A stretch of 64,000 nucleotides of DNA from Alphaproteobacteria bacterium. GTDB lineage: Bacteria > Pseudomonadota > Alphaproteobacteria > UBA828. Below the pieces are notes generated by a model that was not told the DNA's origin, searched no databases, and worked only from the letters and a program-made list of their open reading frames with translations. The stretch covers positions 64,001-128,000 of the forward strand of contig CAXXMU010000002.1 of assembly GCA_963667785.2 (NCBI GenBank). The letters are read 5' to 3'. Below, piece by piece: positions 30,564 to 40,417 of this stretch. The translations under genes and the position numbers were made by a program. The first letter of the stretch is position 1, and each line of letters starts with the position of its first letter.

Positions 30564-32018
30564 TCAGGCCAGCGGAAGCGCCGCGCCGTCCGCGCCGAGC
30601 GGGTCGATGGGCGTGGGCGTCGCGGCGGGGATGGCCTCCTCAATCGCCGCAGCCGCCCGCAGCACCGCCGCCTCGCCGCGCGGGGGGCCCAGGATCTGCA
30701 GGCCCACCGGCAGCCCGGACGCGGTGAAGCCCACCGGCACCGAGGCGGAAGGACACGCGGTCAGCGTCAGCACGAAGGTCATGCCCAGCCAGTCGACGTA
30801 GTTGTCGAAGCGGTGGCCCTCGATCTCGTCGACCCAGCGCGTGTCCACGTCGAAGGGCGGCACGATCACGCAGGGGCAGAGCAGCAGCTCGTGGCGCTCG
30901 AAGAAGCGCACGCAGCGCTGGTAGATGACGCCGCGCGCCCGCTCCGCCCGGGCGATCCTGTCGGCGTCGAGCGCGAGGCCCTTCTCGATGTTCCAGATGA
31001 TCTCCGGCTTGAGCGCGTCGCGGTGGGTCTCGAGCAGCTCGCCCTTGTCGGCGGCGAAAAGCGCGGCCCGCAGCACCTGGAAGACGTCGATGGCGCCCGC
31101 GAGGTCCGGGCAGGCGTCCGCGATCTCGACGCCGGCGCCCGCGAGCGTCTCCACCGCGCCGACGCAGAGGGCGGCGACCTCGCGGTCCACCGGCAGCAGG
31201 CCGAGATCGGGACTCCAGCCGACGCGCTGCGGCAGCGCCGCCTGCGCCACCGCGTCCGCAAAACTCTCCGCCGGCGCCTCGATGGACAGCGGGTCCTCGG
31301 GATGGGCGCCGGCCATGGCGTCGAGCATTAGCGCGCAGTCCCGCGCGTCGCGTGCCATGGGGCCGTCCACCATCAGCCCTTCGAAGGGCAGGCGCTTGGG
31401 CCCGTGCGCGACCCGGCCCGGGCTCGGGCGGAAGCCGAAGACGCTGCAGAAGCTCGCGGGGATCCGCAGGCTGCCGCCGAGGTCCGAGCCGGTCGCGAGC
31501 CAGACCTGGCCCACGGCCAGCGCCGTCGACGAGCCGCCGGAGGAGCCGCCACAGGTCTTGTCGGTGTTCCACGGGTTCCGGGTCTTGCCGAAGACCTCGT
31601 TGAAGGTGTTGGCGCCGGCGCCGAACTCGGGCGTGTTGGACTTGCCGATGACGATGGCGCCGCGCGCCTCCAGGGTCTCCACCGCCACGTCGGAGCGCGG
31701 CGGCACGTGGTCGGCGTAGATGGGCGAGCCCCAGGTCGTGCGCACGCCTTCGACCGGCACCAGGTCCTTGACCGCAATGGGCACGCCGCCGAGCCAGCCT
31801 TCGGGGCGTTCCGCGCCCGCTCCGTCCGCCATGATCCGCTCGGCATGGGCGCGCGCCCGCTCGATGCAGAGCGTCGGGATTGCGTTGAGGTGCCCGTCGG
31901 TGGCGGCGATGCGGTCTACGCTCGCCTCCACCAGCTCCAGCGGCGAGACCTCGCGCCGTCGCAGCAGGTCCACGACCTCGGTCGCGCTGAGCCGCCAGAG
32001 CTCGCCACCCGCCGCCAT
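30564..32018 (-). CDS. amidase signature family protein
   Basis: GVPIAVKD, GKSNTPEF, GGSSGGS, GSDLGGSLRIPAS. Confidence 0.93.
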   Translation of the reverse strand: MAAGGELWRLSATEVVDLLRRREVSPLELVEASVDRIAATDGHLNAIPTLCIERARAHAERIMADGAGAERPEGWLGGVPIAVKDLVPVEGVRTTWGSPIYADHVPPRSDVAVETLEARGAIVIGKSNTPEFGAGANTFNEVFGKTRNPWNTDKTCGGSSGGSSTALAVGQVWLATGSDLGGSLRIPASFCSVFGFRPSPGRVAHGPKRLPFEGLMVDGPMARDARDCALMLDAMAGAHPEDPLSIEAPAESFADAVAQAALPQRVGWSPDLGLLPVDREVAALCVGAVETLAGAGVEIADACPDLAGAIDVFQVLRAALFAADKGELLETHRDALKPEIIWNIEKGLALDADRIARAERARGVIYQRCVRFFERHELLLCPCVIVPPFDVDTRWVDEIEGHRFDNYVDWLGMTFVLTLTACPSASVPVGFTASGLPVGLQILGPPRGEAAVLRAAAAIEEAIPAATPTPIDPLGADGAALPLA

Positions 32019-32031
32019 CGTGCCGCCCTCC

Positions 32032-33429
32032 TCAGGCTGCCGACGGCGTGCGGCTGTGCCAGTCGGTGTCCTGCTGGTAGGCGTGGCCGGCCTGGAGCAG
32101 CCGTCCCTCGCTGAGGCGGGGGCCGACGATCTGGAAGCCCAAGGGCACGCCGCCCTCGTCGAAGCCGCCGGGCAGGCACACGGACGGCGTTCCCGCCATG
32201 TCGTGGGGGGCGGTGAACGAGATCAGCCGCTCCACCGAGCCCTCCTCGGCGCCGAGGGTCTCCATGAACGCGTTGGTGGGCGTGGGGTAGGGCTGCGAGG
32301 GGATGATGATGGCGTCGACGTCGGCGAAGACGGCGTTGAGCGCGCCGGTGAACTTGTCGCGCTCGATCTGGATGCGGGCGTGGTCCACGCCGCTCAGCGC
32401 GAGCCCGGCCTCGATCAGGCTGCTCAGCACCGGCCCGTAATCCGCCTTGTTGGCCTCGTAGTAGGGCTCGTGCGCGATGGCCGTGTCGGCGCCGCAGAAG
32501 TCGTTCCAGCGATCGACCATCACCGTCGCGTCGGGGAAGGCGATCGGCCTGATGTCGGCGCCGCGCTCCCGCAGCACGTCGGCCGCGTGCAGGACCATGG
32601 CGGTCACCCGCGCGTCGACGCCGTCGGAGCAATAGGCCTCGTCGAGGCCGATGCGCATGCCGGCGATGCCTGAGTCGATGCTGCCGAGATAGTCCGGCAC
32701 CGGCGCGTTGACCGTGGTGGGGTCGGCGGGGTCGTAGCCGGCGATGACGCCGAGGATGGCGGCGCAGTCGGCCGCCGAGCGTGCCATCGGCCCGATATGG
32801 TCGAGGGTTTCCGAGAGCGCGAAGGCGCCGGCCCGGCTGACGAGGCCCCGGCCGGGCTTGAGCCCGGTGACGCCGCAGGCCTGGGAGGGGAAGCGGATCG
32901 AGCCGCCGGTGTCGGTCCCGAGCGAGCCGTAGCAGAGGCGCGCGGCGGTGGCGACGCCGGAGCCGCTCGACGAGACGCCGGTCCAGTAGTCGGCGTGCCA
33001 GGGATTGACCGGCGGCGCAATCTCGGGGTGATGCACCGCGTAGGCGCCCTCGGTCATCTGCAGCTTGCCGGCGAAGACGGTGCCCGCCTCGCGGAGCTTC
33101 GCCGTGACGGTGCCGTCGACGCCCGGGCTCCAGTCGCGCAGCGCGATGGAGCCGACATGGGTCGGCGCGTCCCTGGTCGCGCAGAGGTCCTTGAGGCCGA
33201 AGGGGACGCCGTGGAGCGGCCCCCGCACGGTGCCGCCCGCGATCTCCTCGTCGGCCTGCGCCGCCTGCGCGGTGGCGACATCGGCCATCACCGTGGCGTA
33301 GCTGCGGAGCGTGCCGTCGAGCCGCTCGATCCGCGCCAGCGTGTGCGCCGTCACCTCGGCCGCCGACACCTCGCGCGCCCGAATCCTGGCCGCGACCTCG
33401 GTCAGCATCAGCTCGTGCAGGTCAGACAT
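32032..33429 (-). CDS. amidase signature family protein
   Basis: GPLHGVPFGLKD, GVSSSGS, GTDTGGSIRFP. Confidence 0.93.
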   Translation of the reverse strand: MSDLHELMLTEVAARIRAREVSAAEVTAHTLARIERLDGTLRSYATVMADVATAQAAQADEEIAGGTVRGPLHGVPFGLKDLCATRDAPTHVGSIALRDWSPGVDGTVTAKLREAGTVFAGKLQMTEGAYAVHHPEIAPPVNPWHADYWTGVSSSGSGVATAARLCYGSLGTDTGGSIRFPSQACGVTGLKPGRGLVSRAGAFALSETLDHIGPMARSAADCAAILGVIAGYDPADPTTVNAPVPDYLGSIDSGIAGMRIGLDEAYCSDGVDARVTAMVLHAADVLRERGADIRPIAFPDATVMVDRWNDFCGADTAIAHEPYYEANKADYGPVLSSLIEAGLALSGVDHARIQIERDKFTGALNAVFADVDAIIIPSQPYPTPTNAFMETLGAEEGSVERLISFTAPHDMAGTPSVCLPGGFDEGGVPLGFQIVGPRLSEGRLLQAGHAYQQDTDWHSRTPSAA

Positions 33430-33552
33430 CCGAACCCTCCGTCATCGATAGTGGCCGCCGATTGAACGCCAAAGCCGCCGGCCACGCAAAGCCAATCTCC
33501 CGGCGCGGCGCCGGGGCGCGCAGGGCGGCGCACGGTGTTGCGGGTGCGCCGC

Positions 33553-34557
33553 TCAGCCGCCCGGCGGAGCGGGGTCGAGACAGCGGCCGGGCACGGCGGT
33601 GAGGGTGTCCGCCGCCTCGTCGACGATGCGCCGGACCAGCTCGCCGGCGCCGGGCCGGTCGGCGATCAGGTCGAGCCCCTCGCCGGCGAAGGTGACCGCC
33701 GTCTCCGTATCGCCGGCACGCTGCGCTGCGAAGAAGCGCTCGCGCATCGCCTCGCCCTCCGCGCGCAACTCGTCGTCTCGCTCGTGCCAGCGGTCGGCGA
33801 ATGCGTTGCGGATGGCCCGCCCGGTGTAGGGTTCCGGCCAGGTGATGCCGCGGGCGGTATCGAACGCGCTGGTGCGGAGCGTATCGTCGCCGCCCGAGCG
33901 CTCGATCAGCGCCTTCTGGTTCGCGTGCCCCAGCGCCTCCCGCGTCGCCCAGAAGCGGGTGCCGACCAGGACGGCCTCCGCGCCCAGCACCAGGGCTGCG
34001 GCGAGCCCGCGGCCGTCGGCGATGCCGCCTGCGGCGGCGACCGGCACCGGCGCCACCGCATCGACCACCGCCGGCACCAGCGGCAGGGTGGCCCGGTCCG
34101 CCCCGTGGCCGCCGGCCTCGGTGCCCTGGGCGACGATGATCTGGGCGCCGTTCGCCGCCGCCGCCCGTGCATCCTTCAGGGTCTGGACCTGGCAGATCAG
34201 GACGGCGCCGGCGTCGCGGATCTTCGCGGCATGGGGCGCGACGTCGCCGAAGGAGAGCATGACGGCCTTCGGCCGGAAGCCCAGCGCGTGGTCGAGGGCG
34301 GCGGGCCGCCGCTCCAGCGCCCAGGTGATGAAGCCGATTCCGACGGCATGATTGCCCGCCTTGCCGAACTCGCTCCGCACCCAGTCGTCGGAGCCAAAGC
34401 CGAGCGCGGGGTCGGCATAGCCGGCGCCGATCAGGCCCAGCCCGCCGGCCGCCGAGACCGCGCCGGCCAGCGCGCCGCCGGCGACGCCGCCCATCGGCGC
34501 GAGCAGGACCGGGTGGTCGATGCCGAGCAGGCGGGTGATCGCCGTTGAGAGCGCCAT
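33553..34557 (-). CDS. nitronate monooxygenase family flavoprotein
   Basis: LAPMGG, AQGTEAGGH, AAGGIADGRG, VGTRF. Confidence 0.9.
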   Translation of the reverse strand: MALSTAITRLLGIDHPVLLAPMGGVAGGALAGAVSAAGGLGLIGAGYADPALGFGSDDWVRSEFGKAGNHAVGIGFITWALERRPAALDHALGFRPKAVMLSFGDVAPHAAKIRDAGAVLICQVQTLKDARAAAANGAQIIVAQGTEAGGHGADRATLPLVPAVVDAVAPVPVAAAGGIADGRGLAAALVLGAEAVLVGTRFWATREALGHANQKALIERSGGDDTLRTSAFDTARGITWPEPYTGRAIRNAFADRWHERDDELRAEGEAMRERFFAAQRAGDTETAVTFAGEGLDLIADRPGAGELVRRIVDEAADTLTAVPGRCLDPAPPGG

Positions 34558-34790
34558 GTGCCTCGGCATAGCGGCTTCGCCGGCCGTTGCCAAGCGGAAC
34601 GCCTCCCGTTCCCCGCCGGCGTGCGCGCGGCCGCCTGCGCGCCGGGGCCGCCATGCGCGCGGGGCCTGTCTCCCCTGCACCTGCCGCGATTGCCCGGCCG
34701 GGCGGGCCGTGATATCGACAGCGGCCCGGGAGCCGCACGCAAGGCGCCGCGAGACGCGACGGCGCGGGCACGGGCGGGCAAGGGGGGATC

Positions 34791-35183
34791 ATGGCAGAGC
34801 GTTTCGCGATGACCATCGACGGCCGCACGGTCGTCGCCGAATTGCTGGGGCGCGAGGCGCCCAACGTCGTCAAGGCGTTCACCGAGAGCCTGCCGTGCGA
34901 GAGCTTCTCGGTGCATGCCAAGTTCGCGGGCGACGAGCTGATCGTGATGCTCCCGTTCTACTGCGATTCCGAGAACGAGATCCTCAACGTCAAGCCCGGC
35001 GACATCGGCTTCTATCCGGGGCGTCAGACCGCCTGCATCTTCTACGGCGATACGAAGCCCTTCGGAAAGGTGAGCGTGTTCGCGAAGATCGTGGAGGGAC
35101 TGGAGCACCTGAAGCCCGCCGGCAGGAAGATCCTCGCCAAGGGGCCGCTCCCGGTCCGGCTCGAGCTGGTGCAGGGAGGGTAG
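34791..35183 (+). CDS. DUF3830/cyclophilin-like fold protein
   Basis: LLGREAP..AF.ESLP, HAKFAGDEL, EN....PGDIGFYPG, IFYG, FAKIVEG pattern. Confidence 0.75.
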   Translation: MAERFAMTIDGRTVVAELLGREAPNVVKAFTESLPCESFSVHAKFAGDELIVMLPFYCDSENEILNVKPGDIGFYPGRQTACIFYGDTKPFGKVSVFAKIVEGLEHLKPAGRKILAKGPLPVRLELVQGG

Positions 35184-35186
35184 GGC

Positions 35187-35666
35187 ATGGCCGCAACGGA
35201 AACCGCCGCCATCGTCGAGCGGCTGGAGAGGTTCGCCAAGCGCAACTGGCGCAGCGAGCCCGGCGACATCACCCGGCTGCGCGCGCATTCGCTGCCGCCG
35301 ATGGGAACCACGCCGCCGGTGCTCTACGCCAACTTCAACACCTTCTGGATGGGCGAGAACATCCAGGTCGTGCGCCAGCTCGCGCTCGACAAGGCGCTGC
35401 CGCCGGCCGCCCTCAACACCATGGCGGCGGCGATCCTGAACCGCCACGCCGGCCGGCTCGCCAAGTGGAAGCTGACCAACACGGTCAAGCTCGTGCGCGA
35501 GCTCGCCGCCTATTTCGAAGGCGGCGGCGCCGGGAGCCACGGCGAGGTGGTGCAGGTCTGCGAGGCGGCGATGGTGGCGTTCGACCGGATCAACGCCTGG
35601 ATCGACGCGATGATCCCGTGGGCGCACTTCGACAAGAAGGTCAAGCTGCTCGACGCGGCCGGCTGA
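35187..35666 (+). CDS. helical protein resembling cucumopine synthase C-terminal domain
   Basis: NWRSEPGDITRL near N-terminus and DRINAWIDAMIPW near C-terminus; all-helical character; recognised from memory of the family. Confidence 0.55.
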   Translation: MAATETAAIVERLERFAKRNWRSEPGDITRLRAHSLPPMGTTPPVLYANFNTFWMGENIQVVRQLALDKALPPAALNTMAAAILNRHAGRLAKWKLTNTVKLVRELAAYFEGGGAGSHGEVVQVCEAAMVAFDRINAWIDAMIPWAHFDKKVKLLDAAG

Positions 35667-35692
35667 CGGCAGCGCGGGGGGGAGCGAAGGCC

Positions 35693-36598
35693 ATGTGCGG
35701 CGTCGGCGGCGTCTTCTTCAAGACCACCGAGCATCATCGCAAGACCGGCGAGATCGCCTACCACGTGCTGGACGGCATCTACCGGCGCGGACCGGATTCC
35801 ACCGGGCTCGCGTTCGTCCAGCCGGCCGGCGAGGACCGCCTCTACATCGGCATCAACTGCGAGGAGCCCGGCGGCGGCGGTCGCGCGCTCGCGCTGCTCG
35901 ACGAGCTCGGCCGGGTCGAGCACGCCACCGACGGCGAGGGCTACATCCGCACCACGCTCCGCTACGACGGCGACGACGAGACGCTGGTGGACGCGATCGA
36001 TTCGCTCGGGCCCGCCTACACGGTCGCCAGCATCGGCGCGCAGCTCGAGGTGGTGAAGCACATGGGCGGCGTCGAGCAGCTCGAGGAGAAGTTCACCATC
36101 ACCGACTACGACGGGCCGCTCGCCATGGGGCTCACGCGCTACGCCACCGAGAGCACGATCGACTTCACCCACGGCCAGCCGCTCTCGGCGAGGCTGCATC
36201 GCGATCTCGCGATCATGCACAACGGCCACATCACGAACTTCCACCATCTCCGCTATCACTTCGAGCGCGCCGGCTACACCTTCGCCACCGGTAACGATTC
36301 CGAGGTGATCGCCGTCACCATCGCCGACGAGATGGGGAAGGGGGCGAGCTTCCGCGAGGCGCTGGAGCGCTCCGTCTCCATCCTCGACGGATGCTTCACC
36401 TACATCGCCGTGACCGCGGACGAGGTCGGGGTCGTCAAGGACCCCTATGCCGCCAAGCCGCTGGTGGTCGGCGAGACCGACCGTCTGGTGGCGGTGTCGT
36501 CCGACTGCTGGTCGCTGCGCGACGGGGTGGGCGAGGACATCGAGGTCTGGGAGCCGGGCGCCGGCGAAGTGGTGACATGGCGGATTCCGCTCCACTGA
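35693..36598 (+). CDS. glxB: class II glutamine amidotransferase (GlxB/MgsA)
   Basis: N-terminal MCG, RGPDSTG, RYATES, HNGHITN, DSEVIA. Confidence 0.85.
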   Translation: MCGVGGVFFKTTEHHRKTGEIAYHVLDGIYRRGPDSTGLAFVQPAGEDRLYIGINCEEPGGGGRALALLDELGRVEHATDGEGYIRTTLRYDGDDETLVDAIDSLGPAYTVASIGAQLEVVKHMGGVEQLEEKFTITDYDGPLAMGLTRYATESTIDFTHGQPLSARLHRDLAIMHNGHITNFHHLRYHFERAGYTFATGNDSEVIAVTIADEMGKGASFREALERSVSILDGCFTYIAVTADEVGVVKDPYAAKPLVVGETDRLVAVSSDCWSLRDGVGEDIEVWEPGAGEVVTWRIPLH

Positions 36599-37281
36599 CC
36601 ATCGACTGCGCCGGGCGGTCGACGCGCGCGATCAACGAGGAGATCCGCCGCGCGGCCGACGACGGCGTGCCGGTTGTGGAGCTCCTCAACCCGCAGGCGC
36701 GGCACAATCTCGGCGTCTCGATCCTCAAGCCCATCCATGTCGTCTACCGCGGCCATGTCGGCTCCTACACGGCCGGGCTCTGCGACGGCATCACCGCCGA
36801 GGTCCATGGCACCGCCGGCTGGGGCGTGGCCGACAACCTGATGAGCGGCGAGGTGGTCGTGCACGGCAACGCCGCCACCTCGGCGGCGCCGTCGATTCGC
36901 GGCGGGCGCGTCGTCGTGCGCGGCGACGCGGGCCCGCGGTCCGGCATGATCCTGAAGAAGGGCGAGCTCATCGTCGGCGGCAACACCGGCTACATGTCGG
37001 GCTTCATGATGCAGAACGGCCGCATGATCGTTTGCGGCGACGCCGATACCGGGCTCGGCGATTCCATGTATCAGGGCGTGATCTTCCTCGGCGGCCGGGC
37101 GAAGGAGCTCGGCTCCGGCCTCGAGGAGGTCGATGTCGAGAACGGCGAGCTCGACGAGGTCGGGGCGCTGCTCGACCGCTTCGAGATCAAGGCGCCGGCG
37201 GCGTTCCGCAAGCTCCGGTCGGACCGCAAGCTGTGGCACTTCAACAAGCATGACTTCGCTGCCTGGAAGGACGTGCTATGA
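36577..37281 (+). CDS. glxC: GXGXG beta-helix protein (GlxC/MgsB)
   Basis: Repeated GxxGxxxG turns, ADNLMSG, final LWHF; between glxB and glxD. Confidence 0.85.
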   Translation: MADSAPLTIDCAGRSTRAINEEIRRAADDGVPVVELLNPQARHNLGVSILKPIHVVYRGHVGSYTAGLCDGITAEVHGTAGWGVADNLMSGEVVVHGNAATSAAPSIRGGRVVVRGDAGPRSGMILKKGELIVGGNTGYMSGFMMQNGRMIVCGDADTGLGDSMYQGVIFLGGRAKELGSGLEEVDVENGELDEVGALLDRFEIKAPAAFRKLRSDRKLWHFNKHDFAAWKDVL

Positions 37282-38690
37282 GCGAGACTCCGAGCGCACC
37301 GCCCGCGGCGCACGCGGGCGATTCCACGGTCGAGGTTCTGGACGAGGCGCGGCCTGCGCCCAACGGCGCCTACCCGCGGCCCGAGAGCTTCAGCGGAGTC
37401 TGGGCGCCCGAAGTGATCGAGGAGATTCAGGAGAAGGCCGCGCTCGGGCGCTACCAGATTCGCGGCCAGGCGACGAAGCGCGCAGGGCTCCCCTCCTTCG
37501 ACGACCTCGTGTTCGTGCCGGCCGGCCTCTCGCGCATGCCGCTCGAAGGCTACCGCGAGAAGTGCGACACGCGGGTGGTGATCGGCGAGGGCGCGTGCGA
37601 GAGGCCGCTCGTCCTGGAGCGGCCCATCATGATCGCCGGCATGAGCTTCGGCGCGCTCTCGGTCCACGCCAAGCGGGCGCTCGGCATGGCGGCGAGCCGC
37701 TGCGGCATCTCCACCTGCACCGGCGAGGGCGGCATGCACCACGAGGAGCGCCGCTACTCCGACAAGCTGGTGATGCAGTACCTGCCGAGCCGCTACGGCA
37801 TGAACCCCTACGACCTCAAGAAGGCCGACATGATCGAGATCGGCGCCGGCCAGGGCGCGAAGCCCGGCACCGGCGGCGTCCTGCTCGGGCTCAAGATGTC
37901 GGACGAGGTGGCGGAGATGCGCGACCTGCCCGAGGGCGTGGACCAGCGCAGCCCCTGCCGCCATCCGGACTGGATGGGCGCCGACGACCTCTACATGAAG
38001 CTGGAGGAGATCCGCGAGGTCACCGAGTACAAGGTGCCGATCTCCATCAAGGTGGGGGCCGCGCGCATCGCCAACGACGTGCGCATCGCGGCCAAGGCGG
38101 GCGTCGACGCGATCGTCTTCGACGGCATGGAGGGCGGCACCGCCGCCTCGCCCACCATCCAGCTCGACCATGCCGGCATTCCCACGATCGCCGCCGTCGC
38201 CGAGGCCGCCGAGTCCCTCGCCGACATGGGCAAAAAGGACACGATGAAGATCATCGTCGGCGGCGGCATCCGCAACGGGGCGGACGCGGCGAAGTGCATC
38301 GCGCTGGGCGCCGACGTGGTCTATCTCGGCACCGCGCCGATCATCGCCATGGGCTGCCACAAGCCGATCTATCTCGAGGACTACGCCCGCCTCGGCACCT
38401 CGCCCTACGAGTGCCAGCACTGCCACACCGGGCTCTGCCCGGTCGGCATCACCACCCAGTTGCCCAAGCTGATGGAGCGCCTCGACGTGGACGAGGCGGC
38501 CGACAGCGTGACCAACTACCTCAACGCGCTGACCATGGAGATCCAGCTCTTCGCCCGCGCCTGCGGCAAGAACCGGGTGAGCGACCTCGACCCCAACGAC
38601 CTCCGCGCGCTGACCCACGACGTGGCCATGATGACCGGCGTCGACATGGTGGGCCTCGGCGGACGCACCCCCTGGTGGAAGAAGTTCTAG
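37278..38690 (+). CDS. glxD: FMN-binding glutamate synthase family protein (GlxD/MgsC)
   Basis: MSFGALS, TGEGGM, GQGAKPGTGG, RSPCRHPDW, CHTGLCPVGITTQ. Confidence 0.9.
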   Translation: MSETPSAPPAAHAGDSTVEVLDEARPAPNGAYPRPESFSGVWAPEVIEEIQEKAALGRYQIRGQATKRAGLPSFDDLVFVPAGLSRMPLEGYREKCDTRVVIGEGACERPLVLERPIMIAGMSFGALSVHAKRALGMAASRCGISTCTGEGGMHHEERRYSDKLVMQYLPSRYGMNPYDLKKADMIEIGAGQGAKPGTGGVLLGLKMSDEVAEMRDLPEGVDQRSPCRHPDWMGADDLYMKLEEIREVTEYKVPISIKVGAARIANDVRIAAKAGVDAIVFDGMEGGTAASPTIQLDHAGIPTIAAVAEAAESLADMGKKDTMKIIVGGGIRNGADAAKCIALGADVVYLGTAPIIAMGCHKPIYLEDYARLGTSPYECQHCHTGLCPVGITTQLPKLMERLDVDEAADSVTNYLNALTMEIQLFARACGKNRVSDLDPNDLRALTHDVAMMTGVDMVGLGGRTPWWKKF

Positions 38691-38919
38691 CGCACAATCC
38701 GACCGGACGAGACCATACCCAATCGCCACAGGTTCTCACCTGTTGTGCGGTGCGGGCCGAGACTCCCCCACCTCACCCCGGCCCTCTCCGCCCCCAGGGG
38801 CGGAGAGGGAGTAACAGTCGGCGCTGCTCGCGTTTCCCCTCCGCCTTTGGGGGAGGGGGACAGGGGGAGGTGGCATTCGTTCGGCCTGTCGTGACCCGGT
38901 ATGGTCGGACAATGCTCTA
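38688..38919. repeat. MITE-like element (copy 2, inverted)
   Basis: Imperfect terminal inverted repeats CTAGCGCACAATCCGACC / GGTCGGACAATGCTCTAG; reverse complement aligns with 30327-30500. Confidence 0.8.
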
Positions 38920-39193
38920 GCGTCCCGCCTGACGGGTCTTTCCCCACGTTGGTCACGCCCGGCCATGACGTGAGGGATTCTTGATTTCGCGCTCGCGACC
39001 TTGCAGGCGCGGGTGATTCTTCTTCCGCGCGCATGACCCTTCGGGCATGCGCGACCCCGCACCATGGTGCGGTGCACGGCGTGGGGCGCGGGTGCAACGA
39101 TCGCGTCATGCAGTGCGTGAGAGAGCGGGCCGGGGCAGACGGGGCAAACGGGCGAGACGCCCGGCGCCGTGTCGCGCTTGTGGGCATCGTCGA

Positions 39194-39350
39194 GGAATCC
39201 CGCCGATATCCCAACGGAATCCCTTGGTATCCCGGCGAATCCCGCCTCGGGGGTGTCCGCCGCCGGAGTCCCGGGGAATCCCACCCGACGTCTCCGCGGA
39301 ATCCCTCGGTATCCCGGTGAATCCCGCATGGGGGAGTGGGCCGGAATCCC
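39194..39350. repeat. phased (G/T/A)ATCCC repeat array with 31-bp direct repeat
   Basis: ATCCC at 39197, 39208, 39219, 39229, 39239, 39278, 39301, 39311, 39321, 39346; 39215-39245 matches 39297-39327 at 29/31. Confidence 0.8.
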
Positions 39351-39402
39351 GGAGAGTTCCGCCGAATGCTGTGTCGCTTCCTCTCTTGCCGCGTCGCCGC
39401 GC

Positions 39403-40407
39403 TCAAGTGGCCGGGGCGGGATCGAGCCAGGTCGCGAACGCCGCGCGGATCGCGGCATCGTCCGCGCCCGCCATCAGCAGCAGCGTGAGCAGCAGGCGCG
39501 CCTTGAGCCCGTCGAGCCAGCCGGCGCCGATGAGCCCGCGCGCCAGCAGGTCGGTCTCCGAGCCCCTGAAATCGTAGGTCCGGCGCAGCATCTCGCCGGC
39601 GCCGGTGCGCGACGCCATCACCACAGGCACGCGCCCGGCGGCTTCCGCCAGCCGGTCGGCGACCCAGCCGGCGGCATGGCCGCCGCCGGTGCATTCCACG
39701 ACGATCCCCCGGTAGCCGGCATCGAGCGCCCGCTCGATCAGCCTGCCGTCGTCGCCGAGGGTCACGGTCAGCAGTGCGACCGGCACCGGCTCTGCGTCGC
39801 GGGCCACGGCGAGCGCGTGCCGGGGGCCGGGGCGGTATGCGATGCGCACCGCGCCCTCCGCGAACCAGCCGAGCGGCCCCGGCGGGAACGAGCGGAAGGC
39901 GGCGGGGTTCGAGGTCTCCCCCTTCTGCACGAAGCGCGCCGCGTGGATCTCGTCGTTCATCACCACCGTGACGCCGAGGCCCCGCGCCGGCTCGTGCACG
40001 GCGAGCCGCACCGCGTTCAGCAGGTTGGCGGGCCCGTCCGGCCCGGCCATGGTCGGGTTGCGCATCGCGCCGGTCAGCATCACCGGCGCGTCGATGCCGA
40101 GTATGCGGTCGAGCACGAAGGCCGATTCCTCCATCGTGTCGGTGCCGTGGGTGATGACCGCGCCCGCCGCGCCGGCCGCCACCGCCGCCTCGATGGCGTC
40201 CGCCAGCGCGAAGAGATCGGGGATCGTGACCTCCGGGCTCGGCAGCAGGCGGAAGGTACGGGCCTCGATGGCGGCGACGTCTGCGAGCTGCGGTACCGCG
40301 TCGATCAGGGCGCCGGCGTCGAGCGAAGGCTTGACGCCGTGCTCGCCGCGCCCGGCCATGGCGATGGTGCCGCCCATGGCGAAGACGGCGACGGAGGGAA
40401 GCGGCAT
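39403..40407 (-). CDS. asparaginase/glutaminase family protein
   Basis: MGGTIAM, THGTDTMEE, TGAMR, DGPANL motifs. Confidence 0.92.
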   Translation of the reverse strand: MPLPSVAVFAMGGTIAMAGRGEHGVKPSLDAGALIDAVPQLADVAAIEARTFRLLPSPEVTIPDLFALADAIEAAVAAGAAGAVITHGTDTMEESAFVLDRILGIDAPVMLTGAMRNPTMAGPDGPANLLNAVRLAVHEPARGLGVTVVMNDEIHAARFVQKGETSNPAAFRSFPPGPLGWFAEGAVRIAYRPGPRHALAVARDAEPVPVALLTVTLGDDGRLIERALDAGYRGIVVECTGGGHAAGWVADRLAEAAGRVPVVMASRTGAGEMLRRTYDFRGSETDLLARGLIGAGWLDGLKARLLLTLLLMAGADDAAIRAAFATWLDPAPAT

Positions 40408-40417
40408 GGTCCGCGCC

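Noticed and set aside
39194-39350. CRISPR array or real CDS (ORFs 38687-39694, 38736-39458)
   Set aside because: Units are 10-11 bp without unique spacers; the ORFs translate repeat DNA and have no family motifs
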